A DNA stretch of 64,000 bases, from NCBI GenBank assembly GCA_964503145.1, contig CAZCYV010000017.1:16718-80717 (forward strand), given 5' to 3'. The stretch comes from an uncultured Anaerolinea sp. GTDB taxonomy: Bacteria > Chloroflexota > Anaerolineae > Anaerolineales > UBA4823. The position numbers were made by a program, and so were the translations under genes. The notes beneath the pieces are model-generated. The model was not told the origin of the DNA. It saw nothing but the letters and a program-made list of their open reading frames with translations, and did not search any database. The number at the start of each line of letters is the position of its first letter. Positions within the stretch are counted from its first letter, which is position 1. Shown here one piece after another: positions 11,248-21,201 of the stretch.

Positions 11248-13383
11248 TTATACCTTTTCCGCGCCTGGAGAGGGCGGAAAGATAAATTCGGAGGTCAGGC
11301 GGATTGGCGACCGCTGGACGACCGTATAGCGCACAGAAAGCGCCGGGGTTTTCACGCCATAAGTGGGCGAGAACCATCCCCAAACCGGCGAAACCGCGCC
11401 GCTTCCATGGAGCAGCTCTCCTGCGCGCACAATCTGGAACGACTCGGATAGGTGCGCTTCGCCAGCCTGATCCCGCTCCATATGCAGGCGCACCTGCCCA
11501 AGAGGCGAATCCAGCATCACGTCATACCCCCACGCGCCAGGGTTATTAGCCAACACCTGCCAGGGCCAATCGGGCAGCAGCCAGTGCAGGCAAACGGTAT
11601 GCGACCGATCGGTGGAGGCAGGTTTCATGGGATAAACCGTATCGATGATTTCCCAATTGCCTGTAGCTCCAACTCGAATATCACGCTGGTGCCACAGGCC
11701 CAGGCGGCGATAGCCGTTGTGCCGGGCGGATAAACAGCGCAGCGAACCATCCTGCCAGCGTTCTTGCTTCAACACCTGCGCCTGCGCCCAATCCACGAAA
11801 AGAAACCGCCCAGCGCGACGCATCTGATCCTGGCCATCGATGATAAGCGTGTTGTGCACCTCGCTGCGCGCCAGGGCATTATCCCACGGCGGTGAGGCGT
11901 TATAAAGATACGTGCCGGCGTCTTGGGCCACGTTCAGCCCATGCCACCACAGGTCGAGATGGAGCTGGTCGGCGTGTCCCGGGCGACCGGAAAATCTTAC
12001 TGCCCGCAGATAGGCCCAGGAGGCCCCGTCTGGCGAGCGCAGCACATGGGGCGTTTCGCCGCTCCCACGTCGCTTCTGGCCCGTCGAACGCGGGCTGCTC
12101 CCATCGGAGCGACCCGCGCCAAACCACAAGCTCATCTCATCCCAGAGACCGGGCGCAAAGGGTTGCTCGCCGAGAAATGCGCGCCCGGCTGCCTGCAACA
12201 CAGGACGATAATCCTCCTGAGGGCAGGCGGTGAGCGGCAGGATATACGCCCCATCGTTAGGCCCCAGATTGGGGACTCGCCCGCTGATCGGATCCACCAG
12301 CGCCTGCAGCCAGCGCGTCGCCGCCGACAGACGTCGCAGGGTCTCCCCTGGCAAGGGCTGCCCCTGGCTTTGTGCCAGATAGTTCATCCACAACGCTGTC
12401 TGCAACATCAGCCGATGGTAATTGGTCGAATGCTGGACATACGCGCCGTCGGGGGATACCTGCGCCAGAACGCCGCGATTGAACCAGCGCCAGCCCAACT
12501 CCCGCCAATGTTTTGCCTGTGGATGAGCCGGAAGGAATAAACCGGCCGTGTATAACCCGGCTGCCTCGGTGAGCAGATGGTTGTTGTTTTGCGCCTGTGC
12601 ATAAATCAATGTGGGCGGGATACGCGCCGCGTGTATGGCTACCGCCTGAATCAGGCGCGCCTTTTGGGCGGCGCTGGCTTTATCCGAAATTCCAAATATT
12701 TGCCGCCCAAAGGTCAGAGCGATCAACCGTATGGCAACTTCCTGCGCCGAAGCCCAGTGCGGCCCCTGATAAGGGGGGTTAGCCTGCAGGAAAGCGCCGA
12801 TGAAACACCAGTATGCGGTCGCATAGCGCTCATCCTGGCTGAGCAGATACGCCCGCCCCAGCGTGTAAGCCCAACCTAAACGGCCTGGCTCCCAAATCCA
12901 TTTGATATCGAAAGCCCCGGCCGGCGCAGCAGGGATTTGACCTTTTTCATACCGCGCCCAATGCTCCAACGGCTCAGGCGGGTTCAGTTGCAGCGCGCCT
13001 GGCGGCCCGCCAAACAGGCGCACCTTTCCGGCGACGATTTCATCCGCTTGTTGAATCAGTTGGTCTTGATCCTGCCGACTCAGGGCTCTCAGCAGTTCAT
13101 CTTTGCTCGGCGGACTCCACAGTGGCTGGGCGCCTTGCGTGGACATCGCCTCTGCGGTGCGCAGCGCCTTCTCAGGATCGCAAGCGCGGCGGAAATATCC
13201 CAGGCGCAAACCCAGGCGGTACGCGGCATACAGCGCGACCTGCCTTATGCCAAGCTCGCGCAGAATCGGCAGCAAATATCTCCCTCGCACCCTCTGGCCG
13301 GCAGACGGGGGTATTTCTCGCATGCGCCGATGATAGCACATTTCGAGCGGCAACAGCGCTTTTCGGAACAACCCTGCAAGCAT
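11248..13383 (-). CDS. Heparinase II/III-like (alginate-lyase superfamily) protein
   Basis: 711 aa, directly upstream of the GT4 gene on the same strand. The central NNNHLLTEAAGLYTAG motif and overall size and layout resemble heparinase II/III family proteins. This is family-level only. Confidence 0.6.
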   Translation of the reverse strand: MLAGLFRKALLPLEMCYHRRMREIPPSAGQRVRGRYLLPILRELGIRQVALYAAYRLGLRLGYFRRACDPEKALRTAEAMSTQGAQPLWSPPSKDELLRALSRQDQDQLIQQADEIVAGKVRLFGGPPGALQLNPPEPLEHWARYEKGQIPAAPAGAFDIKWIWEPGRLGWAYTLGRAYLLSQDERYATAYWCFIGAFLQANPPYQGPHWASAQEVAIRLIALTFGRQIFGISDKASAAQKARLIQAVAIHAARIPPTLIYAQAQNNNHLLTEAAGLYTAGLFLPAHPQAKHWRELGWRWFNRGVLAQVSPDGAYVQHSTNYHRLMLQTALWMNYLAQSQGQPLPGETLRRLSAATRWLQALVDPISGRVPNLGPNDGAYILPLTACPQEDYRPVLQAAGRAFLGEQPFAPGLWDEMSLWFGAGRSDGSSPRSTGQKRRGSGETPHVLRSPDGASWAYLRAVRFSGRPGHADQLHLDLWWHGLNVAQDAGTYLYNASPPWDNALARSEVHNTLIIDGQDQMRRAGRFLFVDWAQAQVLKQERWQDGSLRCLSARHNGYRRLGLWHQRDIRVGATGNWEIIDTVYPMKPASTDRSHTVCLHWLLPDWPWQVLANNPGAWGYDVMLDSPLGQVRLHMERDQAGEAHLSESFQIVRAGELLHGSGAVSPVWGWFSPTYGVKTPALSVRYTVVQRSPIRLTSEFIFPPSPGAEKV

Positions 13384-13487
13384 CCGGCGGCGCTAAAACG
13401 TGATATTATTTATGGGAGTTCGTACCTTCAAGTACAAACTCTGCATCCAGGTCTTGAACATCACACCAGTCTGGAAGGATCACGGTT

Positions 13488-13976
13488 ATGAAAAAGTTCT
13501 TTTGGCTTCTGCCTGTTTTGGCGCTCTTTCTGATGGGGGGATCGGATCCTGTAGAGTTGATTCGCTTCACGATCATTAACAAATCTGAATCAGACATTGC
13601 CATTCAGCTTCGCGGCGTTCCCAAGGTATGTTGCAACAAAGCGGACACCGTCCAGGGGGAATTCTATTACCTGCCCGTCGAGAAGGGGAGCAAAGAGCGC
13701 CCCACAGTCAAGGTATATACGATTGCTAAAGACACCTACTTCATGCAATTGTTCTACATCTCGACCTATGATCCGGTTTACGGCTTTAAGTGCGACCCCA
13801 CTGTGCCGAATAAGCTCAGCGCAGCCCGCAACCTGCGCCTGGTCGTCCTGCCGTGCGATCAGCTTCCAACGGCCTGGAGCGTCGGCGAGCCCTCGATGTG
13901 GAAGTATCTGCCGTATCCCGTGCCCGATCTGGCACGTTTCTTTAACAACTATTGGAAAAGCCGCTTTATCTATTGA
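13488..13976 (+). CDS. Hypothetical secreted protein
   Basis: 162 aa with a signal-peptide-like N-terminus (MKKFFWLLPVLALFLMGG). GC content looks lower than its neighbours. No family recognised. Confidence 0.55.
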   Translation: MKKFFWLLPVLALFLMGGSDPVELIRFTIINKSESDIAIQLRGVPKVCCNKADTVQGEFYYLPVEKGSKERPTVKVYTIAKDTYFMQLFYISTYDPVYGFKCDPTVPNKLSAARNLRLVVLPCDQLPTAWSVGEPSMWKYLPYPVPDLARFFNNYWKSRFIY

Positions 13977-14000
13977 TCCTGTTCCCAGATGATTGGCGAA

Positions 14001-14043
14001 CCAGCCCGGCGCAGGCATGATCTGCGCCGGGCTGGTCATTTTT
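14001..14043 (+). terminator. Rho-independent terminator
   Basis: Perfect 14-bp stem CCAGCCCGGCGCAG (14001-14014) / CTGCGCCGGGCTGG (14022-14035) with a 7-nt loop, followed by tcATTTTT. Confidence 0.85.
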
Positions 14044-14128
14044 CCACGGATTGAGGTTTCAATGCCCCTGGGCTATGATCCATCTGAACCAGGGCAGAAC
14101 ACCAAGGGTCTGGCATCGGTCAGAAAGC

Positions 14129-15151
14129 CTAGTAGATACTCCCATCCGGCTGGGTCGAATACAGCACACCCTCAATTGCCGAGAGGTTGTACGCCGTCAC
14201 ATTGCTGCCCGTCCAGTTTCTCAAGTTGAAGGTCGAACCGGCCCCGCTCAAACGGTAAACTTCGACATCTCTGAAAGTCAGCGGTTCGTTCTTCCGGCAA
14301 ACCTCAGGGAAGGTGGTGGTGCGCAGGAAATAAACCGCGCCCACGCCATGCAGCGTGGCAATACCGTTCCCTTCGACCGTCAGGGCAGTCTTGCCGTCAA
14401 TGCCGATGCCGCGGGCCTGAGTAGCCCAGCCATCTTGCAGAATGCGCGCCAGGAAGGTCACCAGACGCCCCATACGGTCGCGTTCGACAAAATGACTGTC
14501 GGTGATCGTCCCTTGCAGGTACGGCAGGTGCAAGAAATCCCGCTCCAAGGTCAGGCGCGGGTTGTAAGGGTTTTTCAGCGCCTCGTAGGAGTAGATCGTG
14601 TTGCGTTCAGCAGAGAAGGAAAACTCGCCCAGGATCGCCAGCCCGGCGCTGGTGCCGCCCACGGGCACACCGCGGGCGATCAACGTGTGGATGGCATCCT
14701 CGACCGGCGTCCCCTTCCACAGGCGCACGTAATCCCACTGATTGCCGCCAGCGATGAACAGAGCTTCGGCTTTGAGGATTTGACCGATAACGAATGGATC
14801 GTAGGCGGCGCGCTCCTGCTGAAAGATGATCGTCTCGGCCGAGTCCACACCGCCCAACTCCTGATACACATACGGATTATAGGCATCGGTGCCGGAGGCG
14901 CGAATGACGACAAAATCGCCGCCGCCCGATTTTTCGATCAGCCATCGCATGGCCGAATCGACATCGGTATTGCCGCCCATCAGCAGGAAACCCGGCGAAG
15001 TCCTGGTCGCCGCATCGCCTTCGTTCCCCAGCAAGTAATATTCGTAACCGTCTGGCTTGGCCTGTGCCATGCCGCCCGGCGTCAGGACGGCCAATATGAG
15101 CACCAGCGCTATTGAGAATTGTAAGAACGAACTAAACTGCTTCATGATCAT
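14129..15151 (-). CDS. Secreted peptidase S51 family protein (cyanophycinase-like)
   Basis: 340 aa with a signal peptide (SIALVLILAVLTPGGMAQA). S51 hallmarks are IAGGNQWDY and the nucleophile motif GGTSAGLAILGE. Confidence 0.7.
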   Translation of the reverse strand: MIMKQFSSFLQFSIALVLILAVLTPGGMAQAKPDGYEYYLLGNEGDAATRTSPGFLLMGGNTDVDSAMRWLIEKSGGGDFVVIRASGTDAYNPYVYQELGGVDSAETIIFQQERAAYDPFVIGQILKAEALFIAGGNQWDYVRLWKGTPVEDAIHTLIARGVPVGGTSAGLAILGEFSFSAERNTIYSYEALKNPYNPRLTLERDFLHLPYLQGTITDSHFVERDRMGRLVTFLARILQDGWATQARGIGIDGKTALTVEGNGIATLHGVGAVYFLRTTTFPEVCRKNEPLTFRDVEVYRLSGAGSTFNLRNWTGSNVTAYNLSAIEGVLYSTQPDGSIY

Positions 15152-15253
15152 CCCTCCTTTGTGAAACTAAAATCGAATGAAACGGATTGCTGACCAGTTG
15201 CATAAATTATACAATGGTTTGCGACCCAAGAAGGGCATATCTCTTCATAAGCA

Positions 15254-15262
15254 TGATATAAT
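15254..15262 (+). promoter_or_regulatory. Extended -10 promoter candidate for the M29 aminopeptidase gene
   Basis: TGaTATAAT at 15254-15262 in an AT-rich intergenic region, about 43 nt upstream of the TTG start at 15305. Confidence 0.4.
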
Positions 15263-15304
15263 GAAATCCCTTAATCTAATCTTAAGTTATTTCGAGAGTT
15301 CACC

Positions 15305-16414
15305 TTGGCCGACATTCGTTATCAAAAATTCGCCCAAATTCTGGTCGATTATTCCACCGCGATCAAGCCCGGCGAACGGGTTGCCATCACCGCCACGACG
15401 GAGGCCATTCCGGTCGTGCGCGAGCTGTTCACGCTGATCCTGCAGCGCGGCGCCTATCCTCACTTGCTGCTGGATATCCCCGACCAGGAAGAGCTATACT
15501 TCGCCCATGCCAGCGATGAGCAGCTCGATTTCATCCCCACTTTCCACAAAATTGCCTTCGAAGAGTTCCAGGTCTTGATCAAGATACGCAGCGAGACCAA
15601 TACGCGCGCCCTGACCGACGTCCCCCCTGAACGGCTAACCCGTCGGCAGAAGGGCCTCTCTCCGCTCCTCGCTGCCCAGATGCGCCGCGGCGCAGATCGC
15701 TCCCTGCGCTGGATGGCGACCCTCTTCCCCACCCGCGCCTACGCTATGGAAGCCAGCATGGGCTATGAGGAATATCAGGACTTCTTCTACCGCGCTTGCA
15801 AGGCCGATGAGGCCACGGCTGACCCGGTCGCCGAATGGCAGGCGGTCAGAGCACAGCAACAGACCTACATCAACCGGCTAGAGGGTCACGACCAGGTGAC
15901 GTTGCGCGGCCCCAACGTGGACCTGACTCTGTCGATCAAAGGCCGCAAGTTTGTCAACGCCTGTGGCCTGGTCAACCTCCCCGATGGCGAAATCTACACC
16001 GGGCCGGTGGAGGACTCCGTCAACGGCTGGGTGCGCTACACCTATCCGGCTGTGTATCAGGGGCGGGTCGTTTCGGGCATCGAGTTGAAGTTCGAAAACG
16101 GCAGGGTCGTCCAGGCGACCGCTGAGAAGAACCAGGATCTGCTCTTGCGCACCCTGGACAGCGACGCCGGGGCGCGCTATGTCGGCGAGTTCGCCATCGG
16201 CACCAACTTTCAAATCGACCGCTTCACTCACAACATTTTGCTGGACGAGAAGATTGGCGGCAGCTTCCACATGGCGCTGGGCGCAGGCTATCCCGAGACC
16301 GGCAGCCAGAACAAGAGCGTCGTGCATTGGGACATGATCTGCGACATGCGCCAGGACGCCGAAATCCTGGTGGATGGCGAGGCGATCTACCGTAACGGTG
16401 TTTTCCTGGTCTGA
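15305..16414 (+). CDS. Aminopeptidase, M29 family (AmpS/PepS/aminopeptidase T type)
   Basis: 369 aa. The N-terminus (KFAQILVDYSTAIKPGERVAI) and C-terminal region (LLDEKIGGSFHMALG...HWDMI) are typical of M29 thermophilic metalloproteases. TTG start. Confidence 0.85.
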   Translation: MADIRYQKFAQILVDYSTAIKPGERVAITATTEAIPVVRELFTLILQRGAYPHLLLDIPDQEELYFAHASDEQLDFIPTFHKIAFEEFQVLIKIRSETNTRALTDVPPERLTRRQKGLSPLLAAQMRRGADRSLRWMATLFPTRAYAMEASMGYEEYQDFFYRACKADEATADPVAEWQAVRAQQQTYINRLEGHDQVTLRGPNVDLTLSIKGRKFVNACGLVNLPDGEIYTGPVEDSVNGWVRYTYPAVYQGRVVSGIELKFENGRVVQATAEKNQDLLLRTLDSDAGARYVGEFAIGTNFQIDRFTHNILLDEKIGGSFHMALGAGYPETGSQNKSVVHWDMICDMRQDAEILVDGEAIYRNGVFLV

Positions 16415-16435
16415 TAAGCGTCAGTTTTGTCGCTC

Positions 16436-19400
16436 TTATCCCAGCAAAACCTGGTTCTGTAAGTCCCACATCTGGCGATACAGGCCTCCTGCTCGCAACA
16501 GTTCGTCTTGCCGCCCGCGCTCGACCACCCGCCCTTGATCCAGCACCACGATCTCATCCATCGATTCCAGCTCAACCAGGCGATGGGTGATCACCAACAG
16601 CGAGCGGTCGTGCGCCAGGGCCAGGATCGAGCGCAGCACCTCGCGCTCGGTGAGCGCGTCCAGATTCGCAGTGGCTTCATCCAAGACCAGCAAGGGAGCG
16701 TCTTGCAAAAGCGCCCGGGCGACCGCCAGGCGCTGACGCTCGCCGCCGCTTAGACGCAACCCTTGCTCGCCGATCCAGGTATTGTACCCCTGCGGCAGCG
16801 ATTGGATGAAATCGTGGATCTGAGCGCGCTGCGCCGCCTCGTAGATCTCGGCCTGGCTGGCCTGGGGTCGGGCGATTCGCAGGTTATCCCATACCGAGGC
16901 GCTAAAAAGATAGGCGTTCTGCGAGATCACCCCCACGCAGCGGCGCACATCCTGCTGGGCGTAGCGACGGATATCCTCTCCCGCCAGCAAAATCTGGCCC
17001 TCCTGAAGCTCCCAGAAGCGTACCAGCAGGTTCACCAGTGTGGATTTGCCTGCGCCGCTTGGGCCGACAACCGCCACCCGACCGCCCACAGGGAGGTCAA
17101 AGGAGACATCGGCCAGCGCCAGGGGACTCCCCGATGCGTTTGGGTAGCGGAAACTCAAATGGCGGATGGATAGGTGGGGCCGCTGTGGGGCGGGCAGCGG
17201 CGTCGGCGGATCCTGGACTTCGGCCGGGGCATCAACCAGTTCGAACAGGCGTCGGGCGGATTGCAAATTGCTTCCGAGGTACTGGGCAGCCAATGGCAGG
17301 GGCGCCACGGCCTCGAAGCTGGTCAGCGCAATCAGCGACAAAACAGCCAGATAGACGCCCTGAACCTCGCCCTGGCTCACCAGGGAAATAGCGAACGCCA
17401 GGACCAGCCATGATCCCAGGTTGGACAGCAACCCAACCAGGGCGCTCTGCAACGCGCTGATCGCTGCCATGCGCCATTGCGCAGCCGCCAGCGCACGGCT
17501 GAGTTGATCGATCCGGGCGGCATGCGCCGCGCTACGCCCATAGGCGATTAATTCTGATAACCCCTGGAGGTCTTCGACAATGGCGACCTGCAATTGGGCG
17601 CGCAGCACGACCATTTGCTTTGCGGCCCGGCGGCTCAGCCAGCGCGCCAGTAGCGGGATTCCCAGCCCTGCTGTCAGCCAGACCGCCAGCCAGGCGCGCG
17701 CCAGCGGCGCCGCAAAACCCGCCAGCAACCCATAGATCCCCGCCCCTACCAGCAGCGCCGTCAGAGGCGGCGCTGCCACACGCACATAGAAGCTCTCCAA
17801 CCCTTCGATGTCGCCCAGAATGCGCGCCAGCAGGTCGCCGCTGCGCAACATCATCAGCCGCGCGGGCGCCAGCGGTTCCAGCGCCTGGTAGAACCAGACG
17901 CGCAGGCGCGCCAGCAAACGGAAGGTGACCTGGTGGGACACATATCGCTCCAGATAGCGAAAAAGCCCGCGCGCAATCCCAAAGAAACGCACCCCCACAA
18001 TCGCCACCTGCAACTCAGCGATCGATGGGTGTTGCGCAGCAGCGGAGATAATATAAGCCGAGGTCGCCATCAGGCCAACTCCGCTCAGGGTCGTCGCCGC
18101 CCCCATCAACGCAGAGAGGGCCACCAACCCCCTGAAGGGCCACAGAAAGCCAAGCAGGCGCCCGGATAAACGTAGAGCAACCAATCCAGTAGGGCGTTCT
18201 ACCGACTCGCCAGCGCTCAATACTCCAGCGGGCGGCGAAGATGGCAAGAGCGCAGCAAAGCCAACCGGCGCTGGCTTCTGTCCGCCAGACGATATGGGCG
18301 ACATCTGGTGGATGGTTGATGCTCCCGCAGCCGGGGCGGCGCCATCGGCATAAGCCCGCGCCAGACGTCGGTACAGGCCATCGCGCTGCAGCAGTTCGGG
18401 ATGCGTCCCGCTCTCTACCACCCGCCCCTGATCCAGGACGATGATTTGATCCGCGTCCCGCGCAGTAGTCAGGCGATGGGCGATGATCAGCGCCGTGCGG
18501 CCCTTCAGAAGCCGCGCCAGCGAAATTTGCACCAGCGCCTCGCTCTGCGGATCCAAGTTGGCCGTCGCTTCATCCAGCACCACCAGCGGCGCATCCACCA
18601 GAAAAGCTCGCGCCAGGGCGATGCGCTGTGCCTGGCCCGCGCTCAATCGCGCGCCGCGCTCCCCGATGATCGTCTGGTATCCTTGCGGCAGCGTCTGAAT
18701 GAATTCGTGCGCCTCTGCCTGGCGGGCGGCCCGCTCGACTTCTTCCTGACTGGCCTGCGGGCGCCCCAGGCAAATATTCGCCAGGACGGTATCGTTGAAC
18801 AGGTAGGGATTCTGAGAAACCCAGGCCACCTGGGAACGCCACACCTCTGGATCCAGCGCGGACAGCGGCACGCGGTTCACCCTGATCTCGCCGGCCTGCG
18901 GTTGGATGAAACCGAGCAGCATAGCGGCCAGGGTGCTCTTTCCGCCGCCGCTGGGGCCGACCAACGCAGTTTTCTGACCGGCCAACATGCGGAAGGTGAC
19001 CCCTGCAAGGGAAAGGCGCTCCTCGCCCTGCCCGGCGTAAGAGAAACTCACGTTCTCGAATTCAATACTCGGCGGCGAGCGGTGAAGGAAAGGGAGCGAA
19101 GCCGGGCGGATTTCACCCGGTTGGGACGATTCGCCCATCACCGGCGGGGGCATTTCCAGAATGGCAAAGATGCGTTGCGCCGCAGCCACCCCTGACATCC
19201 CGGCATGGAAACGCGTGCCCAAGAGGCGCAACGGCAGGTAAAATTCCGGCGCCAGCAACAGCACAAAAAGAGCCTGCTCGAACGGCAATCGGCCATACAG
19301 CAAGCGCAACCCCACCTCCACCGCCACCACTGCTGTGCTCAGCGTGGCGACCATCTCCAAAACCAGGGCCGAAAGAAAGGTCACCCGCAAAACGCTCATC

Positions 19401-20098
19401 GTGCGCTGACGGAAACGGTCGCTAACTTCGGCGATCACGCTGGCCTGGGCTGTGCTGCGCCCTAACAGCTTGAGAGTCGTCAGGCCCTGCAACACGTCCA
19501 GGAAATAAGCGCTCATCCGACTGAGAGCCTGCCACTGGCGGCGGGTGAGCGCCTGGGCGAGGTTGCCAATCAAGATCATGAACAAGAGGATCAAGGGCGC
19601 GGTGAGCAAAAGCACCAGGCCAGATAGAGGGTCCAGGGGGAAGACTACAAGCAGGAACGTTAATGGAACCAGGGCGGCCAGCGCCAGGCCGGGGAGGTAC
19701 TGACTGTAATAGGCGTCCAGAGCGTCGATGCCCTCTAAAGCAACGCTAGCCAGTTCGCCAGTGCGTTCATCACGCGCGTAAAGTGGACCTAACTCCAGAA
19801 GGCGCCGAAAAACAGCGGAGCGCAAGTCGGTTTTGATGCGCCTGGCGACAACGCCGGCGGCCAGTTCACTCCCCCAGGTCAGCGCGGCGCGCAAGGACAT
19901 CACCCCCAATAAGAGCCACAGCATGGGTAGCGCATCCGCCAGCGTCCAGCCTGCCAGGTAAACTCGATCCACCACCTGGCTGAACAGGCCAGCCTGCGCT
20001 ACGGTGAAAACGCCTGCTGCAAGCCCCAAGAGGATGGTGAGCGATAAACTCAATCCTCTCTTACGGGCCAATCGCAGCAGGCGCTGATCTAAATTCAT
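16436..20098 (-). CDS. cydDC: Fused CydD-CydC thiol-reductant ABC exporter (TMD-NBD-TMD-NBD in one polypeptide)
   Basis: Two full ABC half-transporters in one frame, with two Walker A motifs (GPSGGGKST, GPSGAGKST) and two signature motifs (LSAGQAQR, LSGGERQR). It lies immediately downstream of cydAB. Start moved to ATG 20098 (MNLDQRLL) so it does not overlap cydB. Confidence 0.88.
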   Translation of the reverse strand: MNLDQRLLRLARKRGLSLSLTILLGLAAGVFTVAQAGLFSQVVDRVYLAGWTLADALPMLWLLLGVMSLRAALTWGSELAAGVVARRIKTDLRSAVFRRLLELGPLYARDERTGELASVALEGIDALDAYYSQYLPGLALAALVPLTFLLVVFPLDPLSGLVLLLTAPLILLFMILIGNLAQALTRRQWQALSRMSAYFLDVLQGLTTLKLLGRSTAQASVIAEVSDRFRQRTMSVLRVTFLSALVLEMVATLSTAVVAVEVGLRLLYGRLPFEQALFVLLLAPEFYLPLRLLGTRFHAGMSGVAAAQRIFAILEMPPPVMGESSQPGEIRPASLPFLHRSPPSIEFENVSFSYAGQGEERLSLAGVTFRMLAGQKTALVGPSGGGKSTLAAMLLGFIQPQAGEIRVNRVPLSALDPEVWRSQVAWVSQNPYLFNDTVLANICLGRPQASQEEVERAARQAEAHEFIQTLPQGYQTIIGERGARLSAGQAQRIALARAFLVDAPLVVLDEATANLDPQSEALVQISLARLLKGRTALIIAHRLTTARDADQIIVLDQGRVVESGTHPELLQRDGLYRRLARAYADGAAPAAGASTIHQMSPISSGGQKPAPVGFAALLPSSPPAGVLSAGESVERPTGLVALRLSGRLLGFLWPFRGLVALSALMGAATTLSGVGLMATSAYIISAAAQHPSIAELQVAIVGVRFFGIARGLFRYLERYVSHQVTFRLLARLRVWFYQALEPLAPARLMMLRSGDLLARILGDIEGLESFYVRVAAPPLTALLVGAGIYGLLAGFAAPLARAWLAVWLTAGLGIPLLARWLSRRAAKQMVVLRAQLQVAIVEDLQGLSELIAYGRSAAHAARIDQLSRALAAAQWRMAAISALQSALVGLLSNLGSWLVLAFAISLVSQGEVQGVYLAVLSLIALTSFEAVAPLPLAAQYLGSNLQSARRLFELVDAPAEVQDPPTPLPAPQRPHLSIRHLSFRYPNASGSPLALADVSFDLPVGGRVAVVGPSGAGKSTLVNLLVRFWELQEGQILLAGEDIRRYAQQDVRRCVGVISQNAYLFSASVWDNLRIARPQASQAEIYEAAQRAQIHDFIQSLPQGYNTWIGEQGLRLSGGERQRLAVARALLQDAPLLVLDEATANLDALTEREVLRSILALAHDRSLLVITHRLVELESMDEIVVLDQGRVVERGRQDELLRAGGLYRQMWDLQNQVLLG

Positions 20099-20148
20099 GC
20101 TTGCCAGGCGCAGCCACTCCCGGCGTAAAGGCGTAAGCCAGCCGTGCG

Positions 20149-21180
20149 CTAATACACCAGGGGCGAGCGGGTGGTGAGCCGCTTGCGGAACACCCAATAG
20201 CTCCAGGCCTGATACGCCAGGACGATCGGCACGAAGATCAAAGCCACGATGGTCATTACCTGCAGCGTGTAGGGGCTGGATGAGGCGTTGTAGATGGTCA
20301 GACTATACTCCGGGTTGATCGAAGAGATCATCACCCTGGGGAACATGATCATAAACGCCGTGACCACAGAAAAGGCGATCGTCACTGCGGTGGTCAAAAA
20401 GGCCCAGCCATAGCGCTCTCTGCGCAAGAAGAAGCCGGTCAACAGGATGGACGCCATGCCGGTGATAGGGACAATCCCGGGATTTACGCCCAGGCGCTGA
20501 TAAATATCGGTGGCGAAATAAGTGGCAACCAACAACGCCAGCAACACCAGGACAACCGCCGGCCATAGACGGCTGGCGGCCGCCTGTGCCATCTCCTTTA
20601 TCTCGCCGTCGGTCTTAAGGCTAAGGAAGATCGCCCCATGCAAGGTAAAGGTCAACAAGGTCGCCACGCCTGCCAGTAAGGCGTAGGGGTTGAGCAGGTT
20701 AAAGAAACCGCCGACATAATTCATCTGCGCGTCGATGGGCATGCCGCGCACCAGGTTGCCGAATGCCACCCCCAGGAGCAGCGCCGGGATAGCGCTCCCC
20801 AGGAAGATCAACCAGTCCCACAGATTGCGCCAGCGGGGGTTTGCATCTTTGCTGCGGTACTCAAGGGCCACGCCACGCCCAATCAGGGCCAGCAAGAGCA
20901 GGAAAAGCGCCAGGTAAAAGCCGCTGAACAGCGTCGCATACCACTGCGGAAAAGCGGCGAAGGTCGCCCCACCAGCGGTCAGAAGCCAGACCTCATTGCC
21001 ATCCCAATGCGGGCCGATGGTATTGATCATCAAACGGCGCTTGACATCCACCGTCTCGGGGTCCTTGCTTCGGCTCAGGAAAGGCAACAGGATACCCACG
21101 CCAAAATCGAAGCCCTCCAGCACGAAGAAACCGATATACAGCACTGCGATGAGCACAAACCAGATGATGTTAAGATCCAT
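20149..21180 (-). CDS. cydB: Cytochrome bd ubiquinol/menaquinol oxidase subunit II
   Basis: 343 aa polytopic protein. The N-terminus MDLNIIWFVLIAVLYIGFFVLEGFDFGVGIL is typical of CydB. It follows cydA. Confidence 0.93.
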   Translation of the reverse strand: MDLNIIWFVLIAVLYIGFFVLEGFDFGVGILLPFLSRSKDPETVDVKRRLMINTIGPHWDGNEVWLLTAGGATFAAFPQWYATLFSGFYLALFLLLLALIGRGVALEYRSKDANPRWRNLWDWLIFLGSAIPALLLGVAFGNLVRGMPIDAQMNYVGGFFNLLNPYALLAGVATLLTFTLHGAIFLSLKTDGEIKEMAQAAASRLWPAVVLVLLALLVATYFATDIYQRLGVNPGIVPITGMASILLTGFFLRRERYGWAFLTTAVTIAFSVVTAFMIMFPRVMISSINPEYSLTIYNASSSPYTLQVMTIVALIFVPIVLAYQAWSYWVFRKRLTTRSPLVY

Positions 21181-21201
21181 CTCTCGCCTCCATCCTGTGG
21201 A

